DNA of 64,000 bases, taken from the NCBI GenBank assembly GCA_944332475.1, contig CALVKA010000003.1:163257-227256 (forward strand), read 5' to 3'. Origin of the DNA: an uncultured Bacilli bacterium. GTDB lineage: Bacteria > Bacillota_I > Bacilli_A > RF39 > UBA660. The position numbers and the translations under genes are program-made. This document shows, piece by piece, positions 39,470-48,826 of this stretch. A model generated the notes under the pieces. It worked only from the letters and a program-made list of their open reading frames with translations. It was not told the DNA's origin and did not search any database. How positions within the stretch are numbered: position 1 is the first letter of the stretch; every line of letters starts with the position of its first letter.

Positions 39470-40369
39470 TTATTTGTGCTTTACTAAACACTTTTCATAG
39501 GTTTCTTTTATATCACCTATTTTTTCAATTGTTTTACTATCTACATTAGCCATTTGTCCTAAAACTTCAAGATCTGTTATACCTGTTTCTTCATATTTTG
39601 TAAGTAATTCTTTCACTTCAGAAATACTACTCATAAGACAATTAGGGTCATCTAATGTTCCATATCTAAGGCCTGATGCATCTGTATAAAATCTTTTTAT
39701 TTCATAATCATGTTGTCTTCTTCCTGTAATATCTTCAGCAGATTGATATAGTTTGTTTATTTCTTCTAACCAAGCTCTGGCAAATTCTATCATATCTTCT
39801 TTTTTCATTCGGCCTGGTGTTGTTTCAAAATCACTAGGTTTTAATGGATTTCCATAAATAACAGCATTTTCTTGTCCTAGTATCTGTGGTTCCATATATA
39901 TAGGTACTAATTCTTTTTTACTACGTGATGAAATAAAGAATGTACCTAGAGGTATAGTCCTTAAATGATATTTAGCTAATTCAACCATTAATTTGGGATC
40001 GACGTGTCTTCCTTGAGGAAATATTATTAATGAATGAGTTTTGTCTTTTAATTTTCTCAGTTCACTAAGTATTTCTTCTGGATGTAGTTCATCTCTAGAT
40101 ATGGGATATACATTGAATAAAGGTAAAACTTTGGCATATAGAGGAAAGTTATCCCAGAATTCTCTATACATAAATGTATCTATATCATAATCTTTAGCAA
40201 GCAATGACCATATTAAATATCCATCTAAGTTATTGGTATGATTAGGAGCAAAAATATAAGAGTCTTGTGTTAGATTATCTTTCTCATACTCTTTGGTAGG
40301 ATATAATAAACTAGGATATAAAAAATAAGCAACATTAGCTAATACAGGGTTAATTACATGTTTTTCCAT
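39470..40369 (-). CDS. PlsC-family lysophospholipid acyltransferase-like protein
   Basis: HxxxxD as NHTNNLD and LIIFPQGRH (FPEG-like) motif; extra C-terminal region. Confidence 0.55.
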   Translation of the reverse strand: MEKHVINPVLANVAYFLYPSLLYPTKEYEKDNLTQDSYIFAPNHTNNLDGYLIWSLLAKDYDIDTFMYREFWDNFPLYAKVLPLFNVYPISRDELHPEEILSELRKLKDKTHSLIIFPQGRHVDPKLMVELAKYHLRTIPLGTFFISSRSKKELVPIYMEPQILGQENAVIYGNPLKPSDFETTPGRMKKEDMIEFARAWLEEINKLYQSAEDITGRRQHDYEIKRFYTDASGLRYGTLDDPNCLMSSISEVKELLTKYEETGITDLEVLGQMANVDSKTIEKIGDIKETYEKCLVKHK

Positions 40370-40393
40370 AGGTATCTCCTTTTATTGCTGCAT

Positions 40394-40421
40394 ATTATAA
40401 CAGATTTTCATTTTTTTGCAA
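40394..40421 (-). promoter_or_regulatory. sigma-A-like promoter of the acyltransferase gene (-35 TTGCAA, 16-nt spacer, -10 TATAAT)
   Basis: Minus-strand TTGCAA (40416-40421) and TATAAT (40394-40399), ~25 nt upstream of the start with AAAGGAG RBS. Confidence 0.4.
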
Positions 40422-40438
40422 CTTTTTTTGATTTTTTG

Positions 40439-40467
40439 TTGACAAATAGAATACTTTCGGTTAGTAT
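40439..40467 (+). promoter_or_regulatory. near-consensus sigma-A promoter (-35 TTGACA, 17-nt spacer, -10 TAGTAT) with no plus-strand gene downstream
   Basis: TTGACA at 40439-40444, TAGTAT at 40462-40467, spacer exactly 17 nt. Confidence 0.4.
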
Positions 40468-40473
40468 AGGAAC

Positions 40474-40616
40474 TACCAATTCGGAATTAGGCGAATTGGT
40501 CGCTAGTATCACACTAGCCAACCCCTTTTTATTCTTTTTAGAGGTTGCCCTTCAGGGGGTGCAACCTCTTAGATGAAAAGTAAAAGAAGCTCTTTGCCGG
40601 AGAGCTTCTTTTTTCG
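40474..40616 (+). ncRNA. candidate small structured RNA (~140 nt, four hairpins, ends at an intrinsic terminator)
   Basis: Hairpins CCAATTCG/CGAATTGG (8 bp), GCTAGT/ACTAGC, AGAGGTTGC/GCAACCTCT (9 bp plus extension), and terminator AAGAAGCTCT/AGAGCTTCTT followed by TTTTTTCG. Lies between promoter and terminator; no ORF. Confidence 0.3.
40584..40616. terminator. bidirectional intrinsic terminator (10-bp stem; U-tracts on both strands) serving PFOR on the minus strand
   Basis: AAGAAGCTCT-TTGCCGG-AGAGCTTCTT with TTTTTT (plus) and TTTTACTTTT (minus). Confidence 0.6.
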
Positions 40617-40641
40617 TTATAAAATAATAAAGAGAACTGTT

Positions 40642-43600
40642 TTAGTTCTCTTTTTGCTTAGCTAAATTTTCATAATATTCATATCTTGCTTCTGCATTTT
40701 CTTTGTTTTTTGTTAGTAGTTGTTTATGATTTTTTGATATTTTTTCTAGGGAATGGTATCTATCTTCTCCTAATATGAATTCTTCATATTTGCTGAAGTC
40801 TCCTTTACTATCCATTTTAAATTCTTTGGTTTCTGGATTGTAGTGGAAGATTGGGAAGTATCCAGATTGGGTCGCTTCTTTTTCTTCAACAATAGAGTTT
40901 TTCATTCCTTTAATAATGCCTTGGGCAATACATGGTGCATAAGCAATGATAATAGATGGACCATTATATTTTTCTGCTTCTTGTAATACTTTTACTGCTT
41001 GTTGCGGATTTGCTCCTAGAGAAATAGTTGCGACATATACATGTGGATAGGTTAAAGCAATTTTTGCTAAATCTTTTTTCGCTGTTTCTTTTCCTGCTGC
41101 TGCAAATTTTGCAACAGCTCCGGTTCTTGTTGATTTAGAAGCTTGTCCACCAGTATTAGAATATACTTCTGTATCTAATACTAATATATTTACATTTTCA
41201 TTATTAGCTAGAACATGGTCAATTCCATTATAACCAATATCATATGCCCAGCCGTCTCCTCCAATCATCCAAACTGATTTTGGCTTGATGAAGTTCTTTA
41301 ATGGTAACAATTCTTTGATTTTTGTTTCATCAATTACTTTTAATAATTCTTCTGCTGTTTCCATTGTGATGTTTTCCACATAGTTCTTGTATGTTTCTTG
41401 TTGTGATTTTTTTACATCTTTTATATTTTCTTTTATGAATATCTTGATTCTTTCTTTAATCGTATCGTCGGCAATTTTCATACCATATCCATATTCAGCA
41501 TTGTCTTCGAATAATGAGTTTGCCCAAGGGACTGAGTATGGTGTTGCTGGAGTTGACGCTCCATAGATAGAAGAACATCCTGTTGCGTTTGCAATAATCA
41601 TTCTATCCTTAAATAACTGTGTTAATAGTTTTAAATAAGGTGTTTCTCCACAACCTGCACAAGCTCCAGAAAATTCAAATTTTGGTACTTTGAATTGACT
41701 ACCTTTTACTGTCGTTGTTGGCATGACATCTTTTTCTGTTACTTCATTAAATAAGTAGTTGTATTCTTCTTTTGTTTTTTCTTCGTCTAATTCTTCTTTT
41801 ATTTTCATAGTTAGTGCTTTAGCACCTTTTTTGCCTGGACAAATATTTTCACATAATCCACATCCCGTACAATCTGGAACACTGATTCCAATCGTAAACA
41901 TTAAATTTTGATCTTTAATATTAGCTGGGATTAACTTTTCTCTTAGGCTGTCTGGGGCGTCCATAACTTCTTTTTCGTCAAGTAAAAATGGGCGAATGAC
42001 TGCATGTGGACATACTAGGGAGCAAAGGTTGCAAGAAATACAATTTTCGCTATTAAAACATGGAACAATATCTGAGATACTTCTCTTTTCCCTTTTTGTC
42101 GTTCCTGGCTCAAATGTTCCGTCTGGATTTTTTAAGAAGCTACTAACTGGTAGTGAATCTCCTTCCATACTGCTAATAATATCAAACATATCCTTTTTTG
42201 GTGGAAATTCTTCGACATAATCTACTACTGGTAATTTTACCTGTACTAGACTGTTGATACTGCAGTCCATTGCTTTGATATTCTTTTCTACAATTCCACC
42301 ACTTTTATTGGCAAATTTTGCAGCTAAGGATTCTTTTATTTTTTGTACAGTAAAGTCAAAATCCATGATTTTTCCTAGTTTAAAGATTAAGGTTTCCATA
42401 ATGGCACTAATTTTACCTGATAGGCCATTATCAGCAGCTATTCTTCCTGCATCTACAATATAGAATTTAATATTTCTAGATTGTAAAATCTTTTTATCGT
42501 GAGATGTCATTTCTTTTAATATTTCATCTTTATTTTTATTTGTATTAAGCAAGAAAATACCATTCTTTTTAATCTTGTCTAACATTTTTAGTTTCTTTAA
42601 ATATGATTCTTTTGTACAAACTACCATACTTGGATTTTCTACATAGTATGTTGATTTAATTGGTTTATTTCCCATTCTTAAGTGGGACATAGTAATTCCA
42701 CCTGATTTTTTAGAATCATATTGGAAATATCCTTGTACATAGGCTCTTGTATAAGTACCGGTTAGTTTCATGATATCTTTACATGCACTTACCATACCAT
42801 CACTACCATATCCATAGATTAAGAATTCCACGTTGTTAGATGGTAGACGGAAATCTTTGTCATAGTCGATAGAAAGATTGGTTACATCATCTTCAATACC
42901 TACCGTGAAGTTGGTATGAGCATCTTTTCTATCCATATAATCGAAAATACCTTTAATCATTGCAGGGGTTGTATTTTTACTAGAAAGTCCATAACGTCCT
43001 CCTAATACTTTTACCTTTCCTTCTACTTCTTTAATCGTTTTTACAATATCTAAGTATAGGGGTTCACCTGCAGAACCTGGTTCTTTTGTACGGTCTAAAA
43101 CAACAATTTTCTTTACTGACTTTGGTAAGGCTTTTAAGAAATATTTTGTGCTAAACGGACGATATAAATGTACTTCTAATAATCCCAAATCATTTCTTTT
43201 TTTACCTAGATAGTCAATTGTTTCTTTGATGGTTTCACAGACACTACCCATCGCTACAATTACTTTGTTAGCTGTTTCACTACCATAGTAATTAAATGGT
43301 GCATAATTTTCTCCCGTTATCTTGTTAATCTCTTGCATGTAATCATTTACGATATCAGGCACTTTATCATAATAGGAATTTCTTACTTCTGTTGCTTGAA
43401 AATAGATATCTTCATTTTGTGAAGTACCTCTTGTTACTGGGATGTTTGGATTTAGTGCTCTATCTCTAAACTCTTGTAGAGCTTTTTCGTCAATTAATTC
43501 TTTTAATTTATCGGTATCGATTACCTCTACTTTTTGTAGCTCATGACTGGTTCTAAATCCATCAAAGAAGTTGACAAATGGTACTCTTCCTTTGATGGCA

Positions 43601-44067
43601 GATAAATGAGCAACTCCTGTTAAATCCATGACTTGTTGTACAGATGAGGATGCTAACATAGCAAATCCTGTTCCTCTTACGGCATAGATGTCTTGGTGAT
43701 CTCCAAAAATTGATAAAGCATGGGTTGCTAATGAACGAGCAGCGACATTAATAACACATGGTAATAACTCTCCCGCGATTTTATACATATTAGGAATCAT
43801 TAATAGTAAGCCTTGACTTGCCGTATATGTTGTTGTTAAGCATCCGGCTTGTAAAGATCCATGTACCATTCCTGCTGCTCCTGCTTCTGACTCCATTTCT
43901 ACTACTTTTACAGGCGTTCCAAAATAATTTTTTCTTCCCTCATTACTCCATTTGTCAGCAAGTTCTGCCATAGGAGATGCTGGTGTAATTGGATAAATAC
44001 CTGCTACTTCAGTAAAGTTATATGATACATAACTACAAGCTTCATTTCCATCCATTATTTTTTTCAT
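40642..44067 (-). CDS. por: pyruvate:ferredoxin (flavodoxin) oxidoreductase, single-polypeptide type
   Basis: ~1140 aa; N-terminus MKKIMDGNEACSYVSYNFTEVAGIYPITPASPM; two 4Fe-4S ferredoxin CxxCxxCxxxCP motifs; TPP-binding GDG region. Start placed at ATG 44065-44067 behind a GGGAGGA RBS rather than the track start at 44091. Confidence 0.9.
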   Translation of the reverse strand: MKKIMDGNEACSYVSYNFTEVAGIYPITPASPMAELADKWSNEGRKNYFGTPVKVVEMESEAGAAGMVHGSLQAGCLTTTYTASQGLLLMIPNMYKIAGELLPCVINVAARSLATHALSIFGDHQDIYAVRGTGFAMLASSSVQQVMDLTGVAHLSAIKGRVPFVNFFDGFRTSHELQKVEVIDTDKLKELIDEKALQEFRDRALNPNIPVTRGTSQNEDIYFQATEVRNSYYDKVPDIVNDYMQEINKITGENYAPFNYYGSETANKVIVAMGSVCETIKETIDYLGKKRNDLGLLEVHLYRPFSTKYFLKALPKSVKKIVVLDRTKEPGSAGEPLYLDIVKTIKEVEGKVKVLGGRYGLSSKNTTPAMIKGIFDYMDRKDAHTNFTVGIEDDVTNLSIDYDKDFRLPSNNVEFLIYGYGSDGMVSACKDIMKLTGTYTRAYVQGYFQYDSKKSGGITMSHLRMGNKPIKSTYYVENPSMVVCTKESYLKKLKMLDKIKKNGIFLLNTNKNKDEILKEMTSHDKKILQSRNIKFYIVDAGRIAADNGLSGKISAIMETLIFKLGKIMDFDFTVQKIKESLAAKFANKSGGIVEKNIKAMDCSINSLVQVKLPVVDYVEEFPPKKDMFDIISSMEGDSLPVSSFLKNPDGTFEPGTTKREKRSISDIVPCFNSENCISCNLCSLVCPHAVIRPFLLDEKEVMDAPDSLREKLIPANIKDQNLMFTIGISVPDCTGCGLCENICPGKKGAKALTMKIKEELDEEKTKEEYNYLFNEVTEKDVMPTTTVKGSQFKVPKFEFSGACAGCGETPYLKLLTQLFKDRMIIANATGCSSIYGASTPATPYSVPWANSLFEDNAEYGYGMKIADDTIKERIKIFIKENIKDVKKSQQETYKNYVENITMETAEELLKVIDETKIKELLPLKNFIKPKSVWMIGGDGWAYDIGYNGIDHVLANNENVNILVLDTEVYSNTGGQASKSTRTGAVAKFAAAGKETAKKDLAKIALTYPHVYVATISLGANPQQAVKVLQEAEKYNGPSIIIAYAPCIAQGIIKGMKNSIVEEKEATQSGYFPIFHYNPETKEFKMDSKGDFSKYEEFILGEDRYHSLEKISKNHKQLLTKNKENAEARYEYYENLAKQKEN

Positions 44068-44147
44068 CGTATTTCCTCCCTTACTTTTCATTATATCGCA
44101 TTTTTATTCTTTTTTAAATTAAAAACTATATAGACCTCGCTATACAG

Positions 44148-44678
44148 TTATAAATTTGATTTTATGTAATTATAAATTTTATTATAAGTATCATTGGTGT
44201 AATGTAGGCCATCTGTTGTTGAAAATCCTGTAGACTTTAAATGTGAATTGGTATCTATATAAGTTACGTTAGAATTTAGTCCTGATTTCATTTGTTGATT
44301 AAAGCTATCAATATCACTATTTAAGTTGGAATAACTTCCTTCTGTAGGATTTACTGATACAAAATAAGTATGTGCACCTGATGATGCCCAGGTATTAGCT
44401 TTTTCATTGATATAGGACAGATAACTACTGGCTCGATATAGGTCGTTTACTCCCATTAGTATGACAACCCCGGAACCGTTTCCTATACTTCCTTCTATAT
44501 TAGGCACTCCTGTTGACTGCATCCAATCTAGTCCTGCGGATACTTTGCCACTCCAAGTATCATTTCCACCTACTGCTGATTGCATGCCAACTGTTCTAGA
44601 GTCTCCTACAAATATTAGATTACTGATATTAGTATTTGATGGGCTACTCTCCTGAGTAGCTGTACTAGGGTGTATCAT
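44148..44678 (-). CDS. SGNH/GDSL-family hydrolase domain protein
   Basis: FVGDSRT (GDS block) and DGLHYT (DxxH block). Confidence 0.6.
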   Translation of the reverse strand: MIHPSTATQESSPSNTNISNLIFVGDSRTVGMQSAVGGNDTWSGKVSAGLDWMQSTGVPNIEGSIGNGSGVVILMGVNDLYRASSYLSYINEKANTWASSGAHTYFVSVNPTEGSYSNLNSDIDSFNQQMKSGLNSNVTYIDTNSHLKSTGFSTTDGLHYTNDTYNKIYNYIKSNL

Positions 44679-45069
44679 AATCTTCAGGATTTGTAATTAT
44701 GGATTGTTTGTCTCGATCATCGGTTTCTACGTATGTACTTTCATCTCCGATGCTAGCAACTTGTTCGGCATTATTCCAACATTTTGCTAAATCAAAAGAA
44801 GAATCTGCTAAAGACATTGTTAGATTGACTAAAAAAGGAATCATAAATAGTAGTACTAAGGCAATTAAACTATTTTTTAATCCCGCTTTATATTTTTTTT
44901 CATCTGGATTTGTGATTAATTTTGCAAAACAAATTGCTAAGGCTACGATTGATAAAATAGGTCCTACAATTTGAATTAAATTTAATACTGTTTTTGCAAT
45001 ACTTAAAATATTAGCAATTCCTATATTACCACATGCTTCAATGATATCTTTACTCACTGTTCCTGTCAT
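44665..45069 (-). CDS. small membrane protein (2 TM) overlapping the SGNH hydrolase gene by 14 nt
   Basis: Two hydrophobic helices then an acidic tail; may be the membrane anchor of a frameshifted fusion (see findings). Confidence 0.4.
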   Translation of the reverse strand: MTGTVSKDIIEACGNIGIANILSIAKTVLNLIQIVGPILSIVALAICFAKLITNPDEKKYKAGLKNSLIALVLLFMIPFLVNLTMSLADSSFDLAKCWNNAEQVASIGDESTYVETDDRDKQSIITNPEDYDTP

Positions 45070-45622
45070 ATTCTTCCTTCTTTCCTATTTCTTTTTTATA
45101 TACTAAATAGTAAGTTCCTTCTACTGGTATGGTTTGATAGTCTTTTCCAAAGACATGTTCAATTCCTTTTTTGGATGGAATATTACTATATTCACAGGCA
45201 ATTACTATTTTTTCAATTCCGTATTCTTTTACTAAACTTACTGCTAGTTTTAATATTTCTTTATAATGACCTTTGTTTCTTTCTGTTGGTCTAATATCTA
45301 TTCCTATATGGCCATATACTTCACCATGCTCATAGTTTAGAGAATGTCTAATATCTAATAGAGCGATTAGATAATCTTCTTCTTTGGTCAAAACTAAATA
45401 TGTGGTACATCCAACTTGTCCTTTTTTTAAATGGTCTTCTTGATCTAATTTTTCTTCTTCTTTAAACCAATCATAAAAATTATCGTAATCTTTATAAGTC
45501 TTACCTAATATTAAAGAGCAATCTCCGGCTTGAATACTATCGTTTACTGCGTAATGTTCTCTAGCAAAATCATCTACTAATTCTTGATCGAAGATTGTTA
45601 CTGGTCGTGCATATAATTCCAT
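45050..45622 (-). CDS. hypothetical protein, possible GNAT-fold acetyltransferase
   Basis: Complete ORF, weak GNAT-like pattern (HIGIDIRPTERNKGHYKEILKLAV). Confidence 0.35.
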   Translation of the reverse strand: MELYARPVTIFDQELVDDFAREHYAVNDSIQAGDCSLILGKTYKDYDNFYDWFKEEEKLDQEDHLKKGQVGCTTYLVLTKEEDYLIALLDIRHSLNYEHGEVYGHIGIDIRPTERNKGHYKEILKLAVSLVKEYGIEKIVIACEYSNIPSKKGIEHVFGKDYQTIPVEGTYYLVYKKEIGKKEEYDRNSE

Positions 45623-45777
45623 ACCATTCCTCTTTCTTTTTTTATTAAAAATAATTCATTCTAATTCTTCTTTTTATATGATTATATCATATTTTTCTAT
45701 TATCAAATTTATTTTTTTATATTTTAATGATATAATCAAGGAAAAATATAGGATATATATTGAGGTGTTACTTGCTT

Positions 45778-47013
45778 ATGAAAAAAAGAATTAAAACTTT
45801 TTTAAAAATTTATCCTTGGTATTATAGTATTTCTTGTTGGCTTTTATTTTTTGATATTATTAATACCATTTATTTAACTACTGTAAAGGGTCTATCGGCA
45901 GCAGAATTTTCTTTATTACTTGCTATTTCATTAACTGTTAGTATACTACTACACATACCTTTTCTTCATATTATTAAAAAATGGGGCAATACTTTTTCCC
46001 TTAGATTTGGAAATTTCCTATTTATTATTAGTGCAATTATGCTTACTTTTTGTAATTCTTTTTGGGGACTTACTATTGGTAAAACTTTATATGAAGTTTC
46101 TTTTATATTTAAAGAGATGTTGATTGTTGAACTACGTAGGAATCTTATTTACATTCATAAAGAAGATGATTTTATTCAATATTCTAATGATGCTACTATG
46201 AAATATACTATTATAGCGTTGGTTACTGGCTTATTAGCTGGTCCTTTATTTAATATTCATTCTTATATTCCTATGTATTTAGCAATTGTTTCTACATTGA
46301 TTTGTTTTTATTTGTCTTTTTATTTGTTTGATGTAAGTGAAGAAAGAGCTCTTACTGATTTTTCTAACATATCAAAAAAAGTGTTTTCTCATAAAAAGAA
46401 AATTACTATTTTATTTATTTTTATTCTTATTGCCTATGGCTTGGGAATGGGGATTATTGATATTGGACAAAATCAAGCCAAACTTTTTGTTCAATATGAA
46501 CTAGAAGATGGTTTAGGATTAAAGATTACTGCCCTTGTTTTTGGAAGTGTTGTCGCTTTATCTAATATTCCAGCTATTTTTTCTAATATGATTTTTCCAA
46601 AAATCTATCAAAAGATTCATAATAATTCTGGTTATTTACTTAGTGGTTTATTAATAATATCGTTTCTTTTACTTTTGTTTGGATACTTTGTTCCTCTTCC
46701 ATTTGGAATCAGAATTACTATCATGTTTTTAGGCTTCTTACTTATTTTAATGTTAAGAGGTCCTTGCAAAAATTACTATCAGGATTTAGCTCTTAAGCAT
46801 TGTCAAGGAGAAGAAGAACAAGATATGGCTATCTATCTTAGTTTATCTAGAGATGCTTTTGGAGCAGCCATCAGTGGAGTCGCTGCTTTCATCTTATTAG
46901 ATTATCCTTTAGAGTATGTTATGATTATGTTGATTATTGTTAGTGTTATTCAATTATTTCTTTTTTATAAAGTGCATCAATTGATAATAGTATCTGAAAA
47001 AACGGCTAATTAA
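45778..47013 (+). CDS. MFS-like polytopic membrane transporter
   Basis: ~12 predicted TM segments; ATG at 45778 behind a GAGGTG RBS (track TTG start at 45760 less likely). Confidence 0.5.
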   Translation: MKKRIKTFLKIYPWYYSISCWLLFFDIINTIYLTTVKGLSAAEFSLLLAISLTVSILLHIPFLHIIKKWGNTFSLRFGNFLFIISAIMLTFCNSFWGLTIGKTLYEVSFIFKEMLIVELRRNLIYIHKEDDFIQYSNDATMKYTIIALVTGLLAGPLFNIHSYIPMYLAIVSTLICFYLSFYLFDVSEERALTDFSNISKKVFSHKKKITILFIFILIAYGLGMGIIDIGQNQAKLFVQYELEDGLGLKITALVFGSVVALSNIPAIFSNMIFPKIYQKIHNNSGYLLSGLLIISFLLLLFGYFVPLPFGIRITIMFLGFLLILMLRGPCKNYYQDLALKHCQGEEEQDMAIYLSLSRDAFGAAISGVAAFILLDYPLEYVMIMLIIVSVIQLFLFYKVHQLIIVSEKTAN

Positions 47014-47035
47014 AAGTTCTAGATATTTCTAGAAC

Positions 47036-48145
47036 TTATTCTTTGACTATCCAGAATGTAGACATATCTCTTAGTCCATTTTCTCCTCCAGCGACAGGGG
47101 TATTAATAATTTTATTTTGAATTACTAATTCGCTGGATGAGCCACCATCTAAATTCGCAGCATTCACTGCACCATAGTTTTCCATAATTTCTGTTAAGTC
47201 TACCATATCGGCTCCAATACTATTAGGGATTCTTCCGTTGATTACTAGGAATAAAACAATTCCATCTTGTCGTTGTCCGATTGCTGTACGAGGTGCAATT
47301 CCCCAACCACCATTTCCTTTAATAAAGGAACTTTTTCCGTTTACAATTAAGAATGGACCAAATTCAACAGCATCACGATATCCTACTTCTAAGGCTTCTT
47401 CGGTTGTCATTTTTCCTAAAACTAATTTATCATCATTGGTAAAGCCAATAAATCCTCCGCCCATGTTGGCATCTTGAAATTCACTGACTACTTTTCCATT
47501 TTGTATTACTGTTCCATGTGGGATGGCTCCATTAGAGTTCCAATCTGGATCATAGAAGCCCCCTGCATTCATAGCGATAACTGCATTTTCTCTTTCTGCT
47601 ACTGTTGTGATGGATTCTCCCCTTGTTCCTAAATATTGCGATGTGGCAATAGATATTTTTGATGGATCATAGATAGCTACTAGGAATCCTTGATATCCTG
47701 TTCCACTTACTTCAATCACTTTATATAAATCATTCCCTGGGTCTTTTGTCAATATTTCTTTTTCATACTTATTCTTAAAAATCATCATATTTCCACTATA
47801 TTTACGAAAAGTAATTAAATCTGGGTCAGTTACTTCTCCTACTTCGATAATTTGATTTGCTTCTAGTACTTTTTGAATCGTTTCATCACTATAGAACCAC
47901 GTAGCAAGGTATTGATGTGACATTGTAGTCATAGCACTTGTAATCCAGAAATTGCGAAAGCCAGACCAAGGACCATAAAATAAAAATAAGAATGTAGCTA
48001 TCAAGATGGTGAAGGTTGTACCACCGACTACAGCAAACTTTTTCTTTAGACTCCATTTTTTCTTTTGTTTTTTCTTTTTTGTAGAGTTTTGCTTTGGAGG
48101 AATACTATATAGTGGTGTTACTTGAATTTGATTTTGTTCTTTCAT
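47036..48145 (-). CDS. membrane-anchored phosphodiester-glycosidase (NAGPA-like/DUF2233) family protein
   Basis: N-terminal Lys-rich segment plus TM; AMNAGGFYDP...NLDGGSSSELV motifs. Confidence 0.35.
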   Translation of the reverse strand: MKEQNQIQVTPLYSIPPKQNSTKKKKQKKKWSLKKKFAVVGGTTFTILIATFLFLFYGPWSGFRNFWITSAMTTMSHQYLATWFYSDETIQKVLEANQIIEVGEVTDPDLITFRKYSGNMMIFKNKYEKEILTKDPGNDLYKVIEVSGTGYQGFLVAIYDPSKISIATSQYLGTRGESITTVAERENAVIAMNAGGFYDPDWNSNGAIPHGTVIQNGKVVSEFQDANMGGGFIGFTNDDKLVLGKMTTEEALEVGYRDAVEFGPFLIVNGKSSFIKGNGGWGIAPRTAIGQRQDGIVLFLVINGRIPNSIGADMVDLTEIMENYGAVNAANLDGGSSSELVIQNKIINTPVAGGENGLRDMSTFWIVKE

Positions 48146-48148
48146 ATC

Positions 48149-48715
48149 CTAAAAGTCTTCCTTTCCTGCATATTCTTTATCACCATTAAAATCAATGTAG
48201 TCTTTTGTTGTACTGTATTTTGAAATTGGTGGTATACCAGTAGCATTTTCTTGATTATATTTATTATATTCTTCAATATTCTGATTCACTTGTGTAATAT
48301 CATTTATAAAGTAGTTCACCATTTCTTCATAACTTGTTGCATAAGTTTGACATTTATTATTAGTTTGTGATTCTGGAAAATAAATACCATTACAGTTTTC
48401 CTTTAATTCTTGTACTGTTTTTTCCATTTCATCTAATTTTTGTTCATATTTTTGTAATTCCTCTAGACAATTATTAATACTTAGGTTTAAGGTTTCAAAA
48501 TATAGATTTGAAAATACATTATTATAGATATTATCTCTTGTTGTACTAAAGTCTTTTGCCTCTTGTTTAAATGTTTCGTATGAACTATTTACGACATTCA
48601 TCCTTCTAGACACTTCTTCTTTATCTTGTGTAAAACTCGTTGTAAAATTTGTGATAAGACCTGCAACAATAAATAAAAATCCTATACTTGCTAGTATTTT
48701 TACTTGCTTTGTCAT
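48149..48715 (-). CDS. hypothetical exported protein (signal anchor, coiled-coil)
   Basis: N-terminal hydrophobic segment; no motif. Confidence 0.4.
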   Translation of the reverse strand: MTKQVKILASIGFLFIVAGLITNFTTSFTQDKEEVSRRMNVVNSSYETFKQEAKDFSTTRDNIYNNVFSNLYFETLNLSINNCLEELQKYEQKLDEMEKTVQELKENCNGIYFPESQTNNKCQTYATSYEEMVNYFINDITQVNQNIEEYNKYNQENATGIPPISKYSTTKDYIDFNGDKEYAGKEDF

Positions 48716-48800
48716 CTTATCACCTACCTTATCATTATATATCGTAACATCTTTTTGTTTTTTTGTATAGATATTGTCTTAGTACTTGACAATTATTAGT

Positions 48801-48826
48801 CAAAAAAAAAGAGGTTACCCCTCTTT
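48801..48826 (-). terminator. intrinsic terminator after the Alg13-like gene
   Basis: Minus strand AAGAGG-GGTAA-CCTCTT followed by TTTTTTTTT. Confidence 0.5.

Noticed and set aside
40474-40616. Identification of the hairpin-rich RNA as SRP RNA, 6S RNA, tmRNA or a riboswitch
   Set aside because: No GGAAGGAAGCAGC-type SRP domain IV, no long bulged duplex as in 6S, no tRNA-like or tag-reading-frame features. No downstream gene for a riboswitch.
44068-44091. PFOR start at 44091 (MKSKGGNTM...)
   Set aside because: The internal ATG at 44065-44067 is preceded by GGGAGGA at ideal spacing and gives the canonical PFOR N-terminus (MKKIMDGNEA...). The upstream extension is kept only as an alternative.
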